DNA from: Octopus sinensis
Lineage: Eukaryota
Assembly (NCBI RefSeq): GCF_006345805.1
Contig: NW_021836143.1
Location: 137,340-201,339, forward strand
Reading direction: 5' to 3'
DNA length: 64,000 bases
In this document: positions 37,401-49,805 of the stretch, in pieces
Layout: the number at the start of each line of letters is the position of its first letter
Numbering within the stretch: position 1 is the first letter of the stretch
Position numbers and translations under genes: made by a program
Notes under the pieces: generated by a model
Told to the model about the DNA's origin: nothing
What the model saw: only the letters and a program-made list of their open reading frames with translations
The model's database searches: none

Positions 37401-40400
37401 TGTACAAGTGAAAAACAAATTTACCTCTACTGAAGGAGTGGAGAGAGAGAAAGAAAGGATAAAACAGAGAAAAAGGAAAATACAAAGAAAATTAAGAAAA
37501 AAATATTCAAGCAAAAATAAATTTTGAAATGGCATTGTCAGTTTCTTTAAGGGTAGAAGTTTAGAAACTGTAACATACTATATTTAATATTTCCAACATC
37601 TCTAAAAATCTGCGATACATTTCTAACACTTAATGCTAGAGTAAACAAATTATGATACATTTTTACCACAAAGACATCTTAAATTAATCACATTACTAAT
37701 TAAAATTTTTCACAAAAAAGATGATCACATAGCATTTTATCAAAGGAATCTATGAATGAAAAAATTCCTTGTTATAAAATGTTGCCTTGCTAAAAACAAG
37801 CTAAGTGGATCCATTATATAATTATTGGTTTTAACTGGAACCTAGTGGCTGAATACATTTTGATATGGTATTTCCACCTCTTCATTCAATACACCAATCT
37901 ATTACTAAAATTTAACTTGTAACACACAAGAGTATAAGTTAACAGTAATGTCAAGGCAAATGGAAGACCCATAGGAATAAAACTGCAGATATTTTATCCT
38001 GTCTATTTAAATAGCATTTATTGTACACTCATAGAGGAGAATTTGATAAAATTTAAATATTAGGGAGTGTTTATCTGTGAAATACATTTATTGATTAGGG
38101 TGTTAAAAATTGCTTCAGGCACAAGGGGGAAAACAGATTATTCTGTTCTTAAGTTTTACGAGGTGGTAAAATAAGTCCCAAGGTTTAAAGGGTTAATGTC
38201 ATTATTAATTAGAGAGAATTCTGAACAAAGCTAAAAGCATTAAATTGGTTAATTTTAAATTATTTCAGTTCGGTGTGTTGTGATTATGAGATTACTCCTC
38301 ACTATAGTTTGCTTAGTCTTTAATAACTCTGGGTAGGATAAAGTACAGGGTAATAATTTTAGTTGTTTAACATTTCAAAACTAGGGTCGGCATTTATTGT
38401 TGGTTATAAATAGAATGCTAACATTTACTAACTGAGCGTGGGTAAGAGTTAGTTTATTCTGGAGTATGTTATTAATTTGACTTTGACAAATTATTACTGA
38501 TTATTATCTGCAAAAGGTGTTTTATAGTGTTGCAGCAGCTGAAAAGATATTTAAGATTTTTATGTCTGTTATTTATATTATCGTATTGTATTTAACAGTA
38601 GGTTGAATAGGATAAAGATCCAGTATAATCTAGCTGATCATAATCTATTAGATTTTGATAAAAGAATAAAACCACAGGTTTGAAGGGTGGATTTCTTCAA
38701 CTAAACCTTATTACTTGTTGGGTAATATATTTTATTTGTCGCAGGAGGATGAATGGCAAAAGTAACCTCAGTAAGATTCAAACTCTACAAGCAAAGGACC
38801 GTAATTATATACCAGAAGAGGTATTTTTGTCAGTGCTCTGATGATTCAGTCATTTTCTAGTCTTAACCAATCACTTTATATCATAAAATTCTGCAGGTGT
38901 GTTTTGAACTCGACCTTTGAAGAATTTTAAATCATCTAATAGTATTAGTTCTATCTTAAATCATTTGAATATATACACATTTACCTTGTCAAGTAGCATA
39001 TTTTATGAAGATATTTTAAATGTTTTTAGTTTGTATTTATAATATTTTAGAATTACTTTTGGATAAAAGCTTTTTAACCCTGAAGGATATGGTAAAATGT
39101 ATTTTACACAAGTCTCTTGAAAAGATTTTAAAAATTGAACAAATTTCATGAAAAACAGCTTTGATTACTGTTGCATATCATATACCGAAATTATAAAAAA
39201 AAATTCAGAAAAAAACCCCCCAAAAACAAATGAGGAAAAAAATGTGGTTAAAGAAATTAAACATAACAGAAGCGAGTAATCTAACATTTCTATATGCAAT
39301 GTTTTAAAGCATTTGATATATCTACGTTTTTTTCTTTTTTTCAGAATTAATCAAATTTCTAGTTGTGTGGGTAGGTGAATGCTGAGGTGTGATTAATCAA
39401 CTTCAAAGAAATGGCAGAAATATTGGATTAAATGCAAAATTGAACATGAAAAGGAGTAGAATATAATACCTTCCTGTTTCTTTCTCTAACTCACTAACAC
39501 AACCCCTTCTCCTGCCCATGAACAGCACACACATACACACACATACTCTATTTTGATTTCCTTTAGTGAAGAAACTGATGTAAGTCATGACAGTCACATA
39601 CTAACTGAGTGCATAGAAATGCATTTGATGACCTACTTATTGCAAACATAGATATATTTGGTTATGTTCATGTACAAATGATACATTATCATCATCATTT
39701 TAATGTTCATTTTTCCAAGTTTGCATGGGTCAAACAGAATTTGTTGATGTAAATTTTCTGCTATGGAATGCCCTTCCTCTCACCAAGCAAAGTAATATTT
39801 CCCTATAGCTGGAAGACTGAAACCAATGAACACTGCTTATGTGATGACAATGCTTGTTTAAAACTATTGCATAATGTCAAGACATATAGACAAATACACA
39901 TCATATCAAAAGTGAATAATCTACTCCTCTATATAGAAAATATATCTATCCAATCAACTCAGCAAGGTTCACCTAACCCATGCCAGCATGGAAAGATAGA
40001 CATTAAAACACACACACACACACACACACAGTTGTGAATACTCTCAGACAGAAATGTTTGTTCGTAAATTAAGAAGTTTCTCAAGTTACTGTAGCACTCT
40101 TGAGAATATAGAATCCAGTATTGATAAAAATATACAACTAAAAAAACCATTTTATGACTATCTTAACATTATGCATATTTATACTTTCCTCTTAAAATAT
40201 TAGTCACATAGATTGTGTTTTTTTTTACATTTATTGCTGCAATCTTTAAAAATAATAACTATAAATAATTCCAAACTTCTGCATGTATATATTGGTAAAT
40301 AAAATTACCATTTTAGTAAATGTAGATTTATAGATAGATGCACACGAAGACACACACACACATACAAATATACACATCACTTTGGAACTATTCCTCACAT

Positions 40401-41684
40401 GCAGGTATTCAGTTTCCAGTTGCTCTAATTCTTTTGAACATTTCATTATTCAATCTGTATCAGACAATGAGGTGCTATTTAATCTGTTTCTCCCTCTCTA
40501 TCTATTACTAACACATACACATAGCAAATGAAACACTTCCTTTGCCTTTCTCCGTTTTATCTTAGACTTACATTCATGTAAATATATAAACTTTTATTCA
40601 TATCATTTTCATAGTTACCTAAAGAGTGTATACACCGTACGTAAACAATGTAAATGAGAGATTATTTTAATCTGAAACACTGTTCTAAGTATGTGATTAA
40701 AATGTAAGACATGTATTCATGTTTGCAATAAACACTGCATGAAATCTTTAACAGTAAAAGATTTATATGATAATAGTGTTAGAGACATTATGTCCAAGGC
40801 TTAAATACTGGAATACAAACCATAAGATACTAAGCACATGCATTAAGAAAGTAAGAAAGTAATATACATTTACACACACACACACACACAGTTATTATAG
40901 CCGGCATCTTACAAACACTTTGGATTTCATGCTTTTCTAACAGCAGACTGGATTTAGTTAGTAGAAACTGAAAAAAGCCTATTATATGCATATATTGTCT
41001 GTATTTATGTTAATTTTAATGCTTCTTTTCTCTTATGCAGGTATGAATTTGGATGGAGATTTTTTTTGTTGAAGTGGGACTTTACAGCTGGATGCTTTTT
41101 CTGACACCATCTTGTGCGTCTATGTTTGCGTGTGCACATCTCTGAAAAGTACTGAGCTACAATCAGTAATTTTATTTCCCCTGTCAAGAAATCATATACT
41201 GGTTTTGCCTATTTGAAGAGGAGATCTTTTACTTCAAAAGCTGGTTAGTGTTAACAACAAGAAAGGCATCCAGCTATAAAACAATTCCCTAATAATATAT
41301 TTGTCTATCCCATGTTAGCATAGAAAAGCTGATGTAAAACGAACGTGTAATAATCTAATATATGTATATTACAGTGAGTGCATGAAGGCATATGATCTTG
41401 TGATAAGAATGTTGCACTGACAACCATAAGATTGTGGTTTTGATTCGTGGATCAAGCAGTAATTTGTGTACTTGAGAAAAATACTTCCTCATTGATGCAG
41501 TCCACTAAACTGCAGACGGGAGACTTGTGATCAACTGGCACCTCATTTAGGAGTATTGTTGTGATCTTGCTCATTTATACAGCATGGACATGGGACAACT
41601 GGCACTGTGAGTTCTAGGACTCAAGACAGCAATATCCAGGAGTTAATGAGAATGATATCCTTTTATCTTTTAAATGGAATTTTT

Positions 41685-41820
41685 AGTTAAATGTATCGAC
41701 CCCAGTACTTCTTTTTTAAAGCCTGGTACTTATTCTATTGGTCTCTTTTGTTGAACTGTTAAACTACAGGGACATAAACACACCAGCACAGGTTGTCAGG
41801 CGGTAGTGGGGGACAAAATA
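41685..41820 (-). mobile_element. SINE family A, degenerate 3' half
   Basis: Contains gtacttattctattggtctcttttg and aaacacaccagca motifs. Confidence 0.6.
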
Positions 41821-42029
41821 TCACACTGTGTTTGCATGCTTGTATACACACACACACACACACATACGTGTACACACACAGATACAGGGTGCGATGGGTA
41901 AATTGTCGCCATTTTATATTTTTAATTTCGTGCATGTGCATTATTTGTTTTTCATTTTGCTCACTGCACAGTATAGTAGGGTCGTTTAACTATACACACA
42001 AGATAATTTATACAGATAATTTATACAGG

Positions 42030-42136
42030 TGCGTGGCACCTTGGGCAAGTGTCTTCTACTATAGCCTTGGGCTGACCAAAGCCTTGTGAGTGGATTTGAT
42101 AGACGGAAACTGAAAGAAGCCCATCGTATATATGTA

Positions 42137-42180
<44 letters not shown>

Positions 42181-42393
42181 CATGTGTGTGTCTGTGTTTG
42201 TCCCCCTAGCATTGCTTGACAACCGATGCTGGTGTGTTTATGTCCCCGTTACTTAGCAGTTCGGCAAAAAGAGACCGATAGAATAAGTACTGGGCTAACA
42301 AAAGAATAAGTCCCGGGGTTGAGTTGCTCGATTAAAGGCGGTGCTCCAGCATGGCCGCAGTCAAATGACTGAAACAAGTAAAAGAGTAAAGAG
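42030..42393 (+). mobile_element. SINE family A, 5'-truncated
   Basis: Starts at tgcgtggcaccttgggcaag and ends in the GAGTAAAGAG tail. Confidence 0.9.
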
Positions 42394-43412
42394 ATATGTA
42401 GACACATATATATCTATGTGTGAGTATGTATGTATGTTTATATGTGTGTGTATGTATGTTTGTGTGTGTGTGTATTTATGTGTTTATTTGTTCTTATGTA
42501 TACACAAGATTAGACTAAAACTGGTATTCTTTGCTGTGTCTCTTTATAGCCTATAACTACCTCAATGTATAGAGACTGATGAGTCTTGAAATACTGGGAT
42601 TCATATGATTGGCTAAATCTGTGAAGACAAGACACAGTATAGCTACAGTCCAATGACTGAAACTAATATATCTATATTGATTGATTGATAGGCAGACAAA
42701 CAGAAAATCTATTTACTCTTTGGTAATGTACAAAATTCATATTGAATTCTCTTTGGATTTCAGCTACCTTCATGTCTCTTTCAAGAATACACATGCATAA
42801 ATTCACACATTCACACACACATGATCATACAGGTTACAAAGAGGTAAGTGTTTCTGCATTGGCAAGAATTGAATTATTTAATAAAATCGACAAAATTTGG
42901 GCGGTGAACTTGCTGCGAGGAGTGAAAAATTCAGTGTTTCAGATAATCCCTTTTCAACAAAAATTTGACAGGTGAGAAACTAGAGACACAGCAGAGTTTT
43001 TTTTACATATTCTAAGTTAGAAAAACAGTTTGGAATTGATAAGGAATACAAGTCCTCAGAAGCTTCATATACTGACAGGAAAGAATAGGACAAAGAATCT
43101 GGGAGAGAGACAGGTAGAATGAAACAGGATTGGAATGAAGCAAAGCAGTGGGCAAAGGCAAAAAGGAAGTGAGATAGGAATCAGAAGATAAGAAACAGCT
43201 AAATGAAATCAGAAGAAGTGGAGGAGAAAGAAAAATGCTCATTTAAACCTGGTGGTGACAAAGTACCAAGTTCGAATATAAAACATTGTTCCCCATTTCT
43301 TTGAATATGTAAATCCCTGGTGTACCTGTAATTACTTCAACACCTTAGCTTCACATAAGTATCCATGAATTATAGCTTTAGTAGACATTTCCCTTTCTCT
43401 CTGTCTCTGTAG

Positions 43413-43457
<45 letters not shown>

Positions 43458-43532
43458 AATAAATAAATATATATATATATATGAGATATTGTAGTTCGCT
43501 TGAAGCACTGTGTATTGTTTGTAAAGAATAAA

Positions 43533-43863
43533 TTTTGAAAGGTACAACAATGCACTATAATATAGACAATGGGCTATATACCTGTTGTAATTTAGTCATC
43601 CATAATCCGATATGATATTTTGGAATAATATTCCTTCTTCAGATATTCATAGATGGTGTCACTGCTATAATCGGTTTTCTAACGGCAATTAATGTAGCAG
43701 TCAAACACAGCCGTTAGAAAACCAATTATAGTAGCAACTCCATCTAAGAATATCTGAAGAAGGAATACTATTCCAAAATATCATATCAGACTATGGATGA
43801 CTAAATAACAACAGGTATATAGTCCATTGTCTGTATTATAGTGCATTGTTGTACCATTCAAAA
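43533..43863. repeat. 154-bp-arm inverted repeat (Penelope-like fold-back)
   Basis: Arms 43533-43686 and 43710-43863 with 13 mismatches by manual count; 23-nt loop. Confidence 0.92.
43750..43786 (+). pseudogene. Degenerate minimal hammerhead (G12A); mirror copy at 43610-43646 on the minus strand
   Basis: ATAT CTGAAGA A GGAA tacta TTCC aAAA TAT C ATAT. Confidence 0.5.
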
Positions 43864-44801
43864 AACTTTTTATTCTATATATATATATATATAAATATAT
43901 AAATAAAATCAAAGAGATACAATTTTGGATAAGATTATGTCAAAATGTGTGCGTGTGTGTGTGTGTGTGTGAGCATACTAATAAACTCCCCTATGTGGGT
44001 CCTTTAGGATTATAGAAGTTAATACCGTAAGTTAATACCTGGTTGATCAAAGAAACAGTTCTGTTGTAAAATTCTTTAACATGTTGTCTGTTATACAATG
44101 TTATGTCAAATATTTTGAATTCAGACTGTTTAGTATGGTATACAATAATCTCACAGGACACTGCAGAGCAAAATGTGAGTGGTTTCAGTTGCTACATGGT
44201 ACAATAACTTTTCTGATGCCAAAGAAAGTCATTTTCAAAATGATGCAATGTACTAAAAGGTTTTTATAAAGGTGTCACAGACCAAATAGTGCCATACATT
44301 GAGATGACTTGAGAAATGACATCAGAGATGTATTCATGTCATGTTGACAAAAATAATTAAAAGAATATATTTAGCAACAAATATCAGTTTATGCTGAGAT
44401 ATACAGAAATACTACAATTAATGTAGCAGTCAAACACAGTTAAGCCAAACCTTGTAAAATATGACTATAAATGCCAAAAATTTTCATTCTTTTAACATGA
44501 TTTCATATGCACAACTTTAAATGCATAATATAATTTTTTGATCATCTCACGTATTTTGCTGATTTTTTTTTTTTTAAACTCTTTAGCAAGAAAATATTCT
44601 TTCTTAATGTTAATAATAGCACATTAAACAAAAGAAATTCTCTGAAATTGCAAGATCAATTTACGAAAATATTCCAGAGTATGGAAGATATTTATATCAA
44701 AACTAAAGTATCGAAATAATCTTTAGATATATAAAATAACTAAATATAGTTGAAGATTATATATATGTATATCTGTGTACATATATATAATGAGTATCAT
44801 G

Positions 44802-44855
<54 letters not shown>

Positions 44856-47413
44856 CATCATCATTATATATATATATATACACACATGCACCTGTATATA
44901 TGTAAAAATACACATACATGCATATATACATACACACATATGTATGTATATATGTATGTATGTATATACATACATTTATATATACATGATAATATGATGG
45001 GAAATTGAAGAAAACTATTCTGGTTTGTACAATATTTATAGCAAGAAAATCTTTACTAAATGTTTGATCAAAGGCATTCATAATTGCTTGAAAATTATTC
45101 AGTCAACAATGATAAATTGCATGATCAACTGAACTAATCATCCTTTTTTTTTTGTTATATTGTATGTTAGTTATTATTTGATTTCTAATCTTTTTTGTTA
45201 TTTCTTTACTTTGCTTTTTTCAACTGCCATAAACTAGTTAGACAGAAAATATTTTGAAAGGCTAGGCAATTAATCAAAATAATGAATAACAGAACTTCAA
45301 TATGAATGATTACATATTTAAAGTTTAATTGCTTTAAGTCACAGATAATTGGACTAATGCATGATCACTGTTTTAGTATTCGGGCTTGTTATTGCAATAT
45401 TTTACTTAATTGTTTTCTTATTTTTATCACAATTATAACTGAGGTTAGAAATGTTTATCTTTACTATCTTCATGCATGATTTTGCCAATTCCACTGACTC
45501 AAAGTTCCTATCTTGTTCAGTCTTGAATAGCTTTAAAGTCATTCAGTTCTACAACCTGTCACTTTAAGTAGCCTCCCTTGTTTGTTGTACTGCCATAAAT
45601 CAATCAATCTTGCTTTGAAGTCATCTTCAGGTTTCTATTAAGCACAATACGGTTGTTAAAATGTTGAATAAAACCTGAGGACAGCAAAAAAAGTCTTAAT
45701 CTTATGTCAGAGTTTAATGTTCTCAGAACTTTCGTAAGCTTTAAAGCACTGAACACTAATTCTAGTTGTAAATTTATATTTTGTGTATTTTCTATATTTT
45801 GGTGATGCAAATTTTTCAGACCTAGGATAAATCAGTTACGAGTTCAGTTTTCCTTTCTTACTGTAGATATGACATTAATATGTTCACTTAGGATCTTAAC
45901 TAGCAATCATTGTTAAGTTGTGACTTATTACTTCCTCTCTCCCTTCTTTGGGCATATTCCAGTGGAAGATTACAGACTATAAGTCCAGCAAATGCATGAA
46001 ACATATATTATCACAAAGCATTCAGATATGAAAGCTTCAATTCTAGGAAGCATTTTGACAGCTGCAAGGAAGTAGAAATTAAAATTTATATAAAAGCTTT
46101 TGTTAGAAATATTGGTGACATGAGTATTCAAAAGCTACACTAATTAGATAGGAACAACCACAAATTAACATGCACTGGGAAATATTTGTCATTCAACAAT
46201 TTATTATCTCATTTGCCTGTTACATTTCACTCCACTCATCACAGTACTGTATAATTCTGTATAGGTTATAGTGGCATGGTTATTATTGAATTGATTAGAT
46301 TTATATACTGAATTTTTCAGTTCATAATTAGGGCTGGCTACATTCAAAATATATAGTATACAAATTTTTCTCTACATGTTTGTAATCTAACTATAAATTA
46401 TTCTGAATTATCATGGGAAGGGTTTCAAGAGAATTGTTGATGAGAAATTTTATTAACAAAATTCTACTCAGAACTTCATGGTCCAGCTTTAAGGTATCTT
46501 CTTTTCCTTAATTTTGTATTTAGAGAGATATTTGAAGCAATGGAATTAGAAATTACCATGAAAAGCAACCAAACTCTTTAATTTTTATAGTTGTGTATTC
46601 ATAATAAAATTAGCCAAATACATTCTTTAAAATAAATGAAAAACTGACAGATATCCAAAGGGAACAAGAGAACTAAATATCAAAACATTAAAATATGTTA
46701 AAGAATTGAGATAAAATCATAAATATTCTTGAGTATTTCAATATAGCATTTCTTTTCCTGATACAAAGTTAATAATAGTTTCCCTTCAAATGGAATATAA
46801 TTTTCATCTTAAAGAAATTGTTTAAAAAATTAAGTGAAAATGTTTTAATTTCAGCCAGTAGAGAGTTAACAACAGTAATATAAAATTTACTCATACAAGA
46901 AAATTTTATCAACTTATATTAAATCTGTTCATGTCAATGTAATCAAATTAAAACTGTAAGAAACTTTAAAAATTTATGGTCATGCCCAGAATTGCTAATC
47001 CTTCAGCTCATCCATGTGTGAAAAGTGTGAAGTAAATGTGAATAATTCTAGGTATGAGGGTGAATTTGTGGAGAATGAGATCTCAATTCCTTGCACTTTA
47101 CTACATGGCAAACAAATTTATTCATCAATATAGATTAAGAAAAACTGAAATTAAGATTAGGAAGAACTATCAAATTTTAAAAAAAGGCTCAAAAAACATA
47201 GATCATGCAATAAATGAAATAAATAAAAACACTTAAATTATGTCAATATCATTCAGTGAAAATAACAGAGGAAGCTTTCCTATTTTTTACCTTTTTTTTT
47301 GGCCTCATAAACTTTTCCACATAATCATGTATTTTTTAACCTTTGATTATATATAAATGCACTTGCAAAACTTCTGAATTATATAGAAAAGATAACATTT
47401 TCATAATACTCAC

Positions 47414-47618
47414 CTAATACAAATAGATTCACCTTGTTTATTTTTACAGGAACTGTATTAATTTGACAGTTGAATTGACCTTGATCAGATGGTTCCACAT
47501 CCCTTATATGTAAGTTCCACTCACCAGGATGATCACGAACCACCATTATACGGACATCATCAGTAATTCGACGATCTCTCATCGTCAACAGTGTATGTCT
47601 TTGATTTGTCCATATAAC
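47414..47618 (-). CDS. Internal coding exon (205 nt, phase 0 to phase 1) of an Ig-superfamily cell-adhesion gene, Lachesin/DIP/IgLON-like
   Basis: Acceptor ttttttgtattAG|GTT and donor TAG|GTGAGT. Open frame VIWTNQRHTLLTMRDRRITDDVRIMVVRDHPGEWNLHIRDVEPSDQGQFNCQINTVPVKINKVNLFVL shows the Ig C-strand Trp, E-strand WNLHI and D-x-G-x-F-x-C. The family assignment is recalled similarity and is less certain than the exon itself. Confidence 0.9.
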
Positions 47619-48079
47619 CTAATACAAAAAAAAATAAGATTAAAGATAATATTAGTACTAATATATAATAACAATAATAATTTCTAAACATATGCAGGAA
47701 ATAACAAACTGAAGGAAAAAATAGTCACCCTGTTGGTTATTGTATTGTACACCATTCACCTTATCCAGAAAAATGAAATGGAGAGATCAAGTTCATCAAA
47801 GTTTGAACACAACATACAGAAAATGGAAAATATATACTATTAGATATTTTATCAAATAATACCGTTTCTTTTAAACAACATTTAACAATCTGAATCAACA
47901 AGGAAGCCTATTTACTAGTTTTCACTTAATCGACAAGAAATAGCAACTAATTCTTCCATAAATCATACGTCAGTATTTTAAATGGTAAATGATGTTACAT
48001 TAGATACTTTCTGGAAAATAGAACAACAGTGTTCATAAGTTTGCTAAATCAGAGCTGACTTAGAGTTAATGAGTAATGA

Positions 48080-48435
48080 TAACACTCATGCATATGCTTA
48101 CAAAATCAAGAAAACAACACAGGACCCATGACTTGCAGAAGCCTTTTTTCATGAGCAGAATTTCTGACGCATGGAATAAACTACCTGCATCAGTTGTTAG
48201 CTGTCAAGACATTACATTCTTCAAAGCTTTCATGCTTCTTGAAATTCGCCAACAGTACACCTGATGCTCCCCACCCACCATTTCTTCTTCTTTATTTCTG
48301 TTCAGGCTTTTTTTCACTGTTCACTTCCTGTACATATTTTTATGTACTGTGCATGCAGTTTTAGTTTCTTTTTTCTGATGAGTTGTAGTGCACCTGAGCA
48401 CTATATACAATAAGTTCATTATTATTATCATTATT
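48080..48435 (+). mobile_element. CR1-clade LINE 3' end with (ATT)n tail
   Basis: FFMSRISDAWNKLPASVVSCQDITFFK matches the CR1 C-terminal FF..R....WN.LP..VV motif. Confidence 0.8.
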
Positions 48436-48437
48436 GT

Positions 48438-48913
48438 AAGGTGGCGAGCTGGCAGAATTGCTAGTACACCAGATGAAATGCTTAGCATCACTGCATTCTG
48501 AGTTCATATTCCGCCGAGGTCGACTTTGCCTTTCATTTTTTCGGGCTCGATAAATTAAGTACCTATTTCTTTATTACCCACAAGGGGCTAAACATAGAGG
48601 GGACAAACAAGGACAGACATAGGTATTAAGTCGATTACATCGACCACAGTGCGTAACTGGTACTTAATTTATTGACCCCGAAAGGATGAAAAGTAAAGTC
48701 GACCTCGGCGGAATTTGAACTCAGAACGTAACGGCAGACGAAATACTGCTAAGCATTTCACCCGACGTGCTAACGTTTCTGCCAGCTTGCAGCCTTGTAT
48801 CATTATCAATAAATTAAGTACCGGTTACGCAATGGGGTTGACATAATCGACTAACCCCCCCCCAAAAAAAAAAAAGTTTCAGGCCTTGTGCCTATTGTAG
48901 AAAGAATTATTAT
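48438..48913 (+). mobile_element. SINE B1 interrupted by SINE B2
   Basis: Head at 48438-48563 and remainder at 48810-48913, ending gtgcctattgtagaaagaattattatt. Confidence 0.85.
48560..48796 (-). mobile_element. SINE B2 nested in SINE B1
   Basis: Flanking repeat taaattaagtacc at 48551-48563 and 48810-48822. Confidence 0.9.
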
Positions 48914-49566
48914 TATGACATCAGCAATCAACATTCGTATTTGTTAAGGTAACTCTGAACATGAATATGGTAGTACTGGGCAAAATTGTGTTTACCCTAA
49001 TCTTGCAAAATAGCGTACAGTAATACTTTACAAGTTAAACAAGGTGAAAAAACATGCTCTTTTACTCATTCAACTAGAATAGGAAAAAAAAAAGAAAAAA
49101 TTGTATTAAGAATATACAACATATAGAGAAGTGAAGAGATTGTGAAAATAACAAATTAATCCTACCAAAGAGATTTTGTGCAAGATGCTTTAGTAATATA
49201 ATCATCTTTCCTTTTCTAACAGAACCAAGTATTCAAAACAAATAATGAAATAGTCTAGTAAACCTTAAAATAAACCTAGTTCTAAGCAAAGAATATGCTT
49301 AAGAAAAGAAAGTCAATCAAATTCAGAGCATATATGGAGCCAAAGTATACAGCATGTTATGCAATGAGTTAGAAAGAAAATAATTATGAGTTCCTTTTTT
49401 ACCAAATCAAATACTTGCATAAGTAGCAGAAAATTTACAGACAATCCAAACCACTACCAATGAGCTAATGATGGTACCTCTATATGGTTGTTTGCCAAGT
49501 TAGAAATAAAAGCTAAATTTCCCTCAAATCATAGCTACATCTTTAAAAATGGACACAGAGACACAC

Positions 49567-49603
<37 letters not shown>

Positions 49604-49607
<4 letters not shown>

Positions 49608-49805
49608 ACCTCATGTGTACCGTTGGCAATTTTTTTCCTCTGTCTTCCCTTCTCTGGATCTTTCCTTCTCCTATGTTTCCGACGAAGAGCTCCGCTTGAA
49701 ACGTTAAACCCTCCTTCTTTCCTTCTTTCCTGAGCGTCCAATAATACTATATTTGTTCCACGTCCTTGCGTTGTGTTTTTTTGTGCTTTCTTGTTTGGAT
49801 TAACT
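49604..49805 (+). mobile_element. Second copy of the hammerhead-bearing element
   Basis: Colinear with the reverse complement of 5918-6120. Confidence 0.75.
49675..49709 (+). ncRNA. Hammerhead-like motif, core variant (U4C)
   Basis: GTTT CCGACGA A GAGC tcc GCTT GAAA CGT T AAAC. Confidence 0.5.

Noticed and set aside
42572-42600. gactgatgagtcttgaaa as a hammerhead
   Set aside because: No stem II or stem I pairing.
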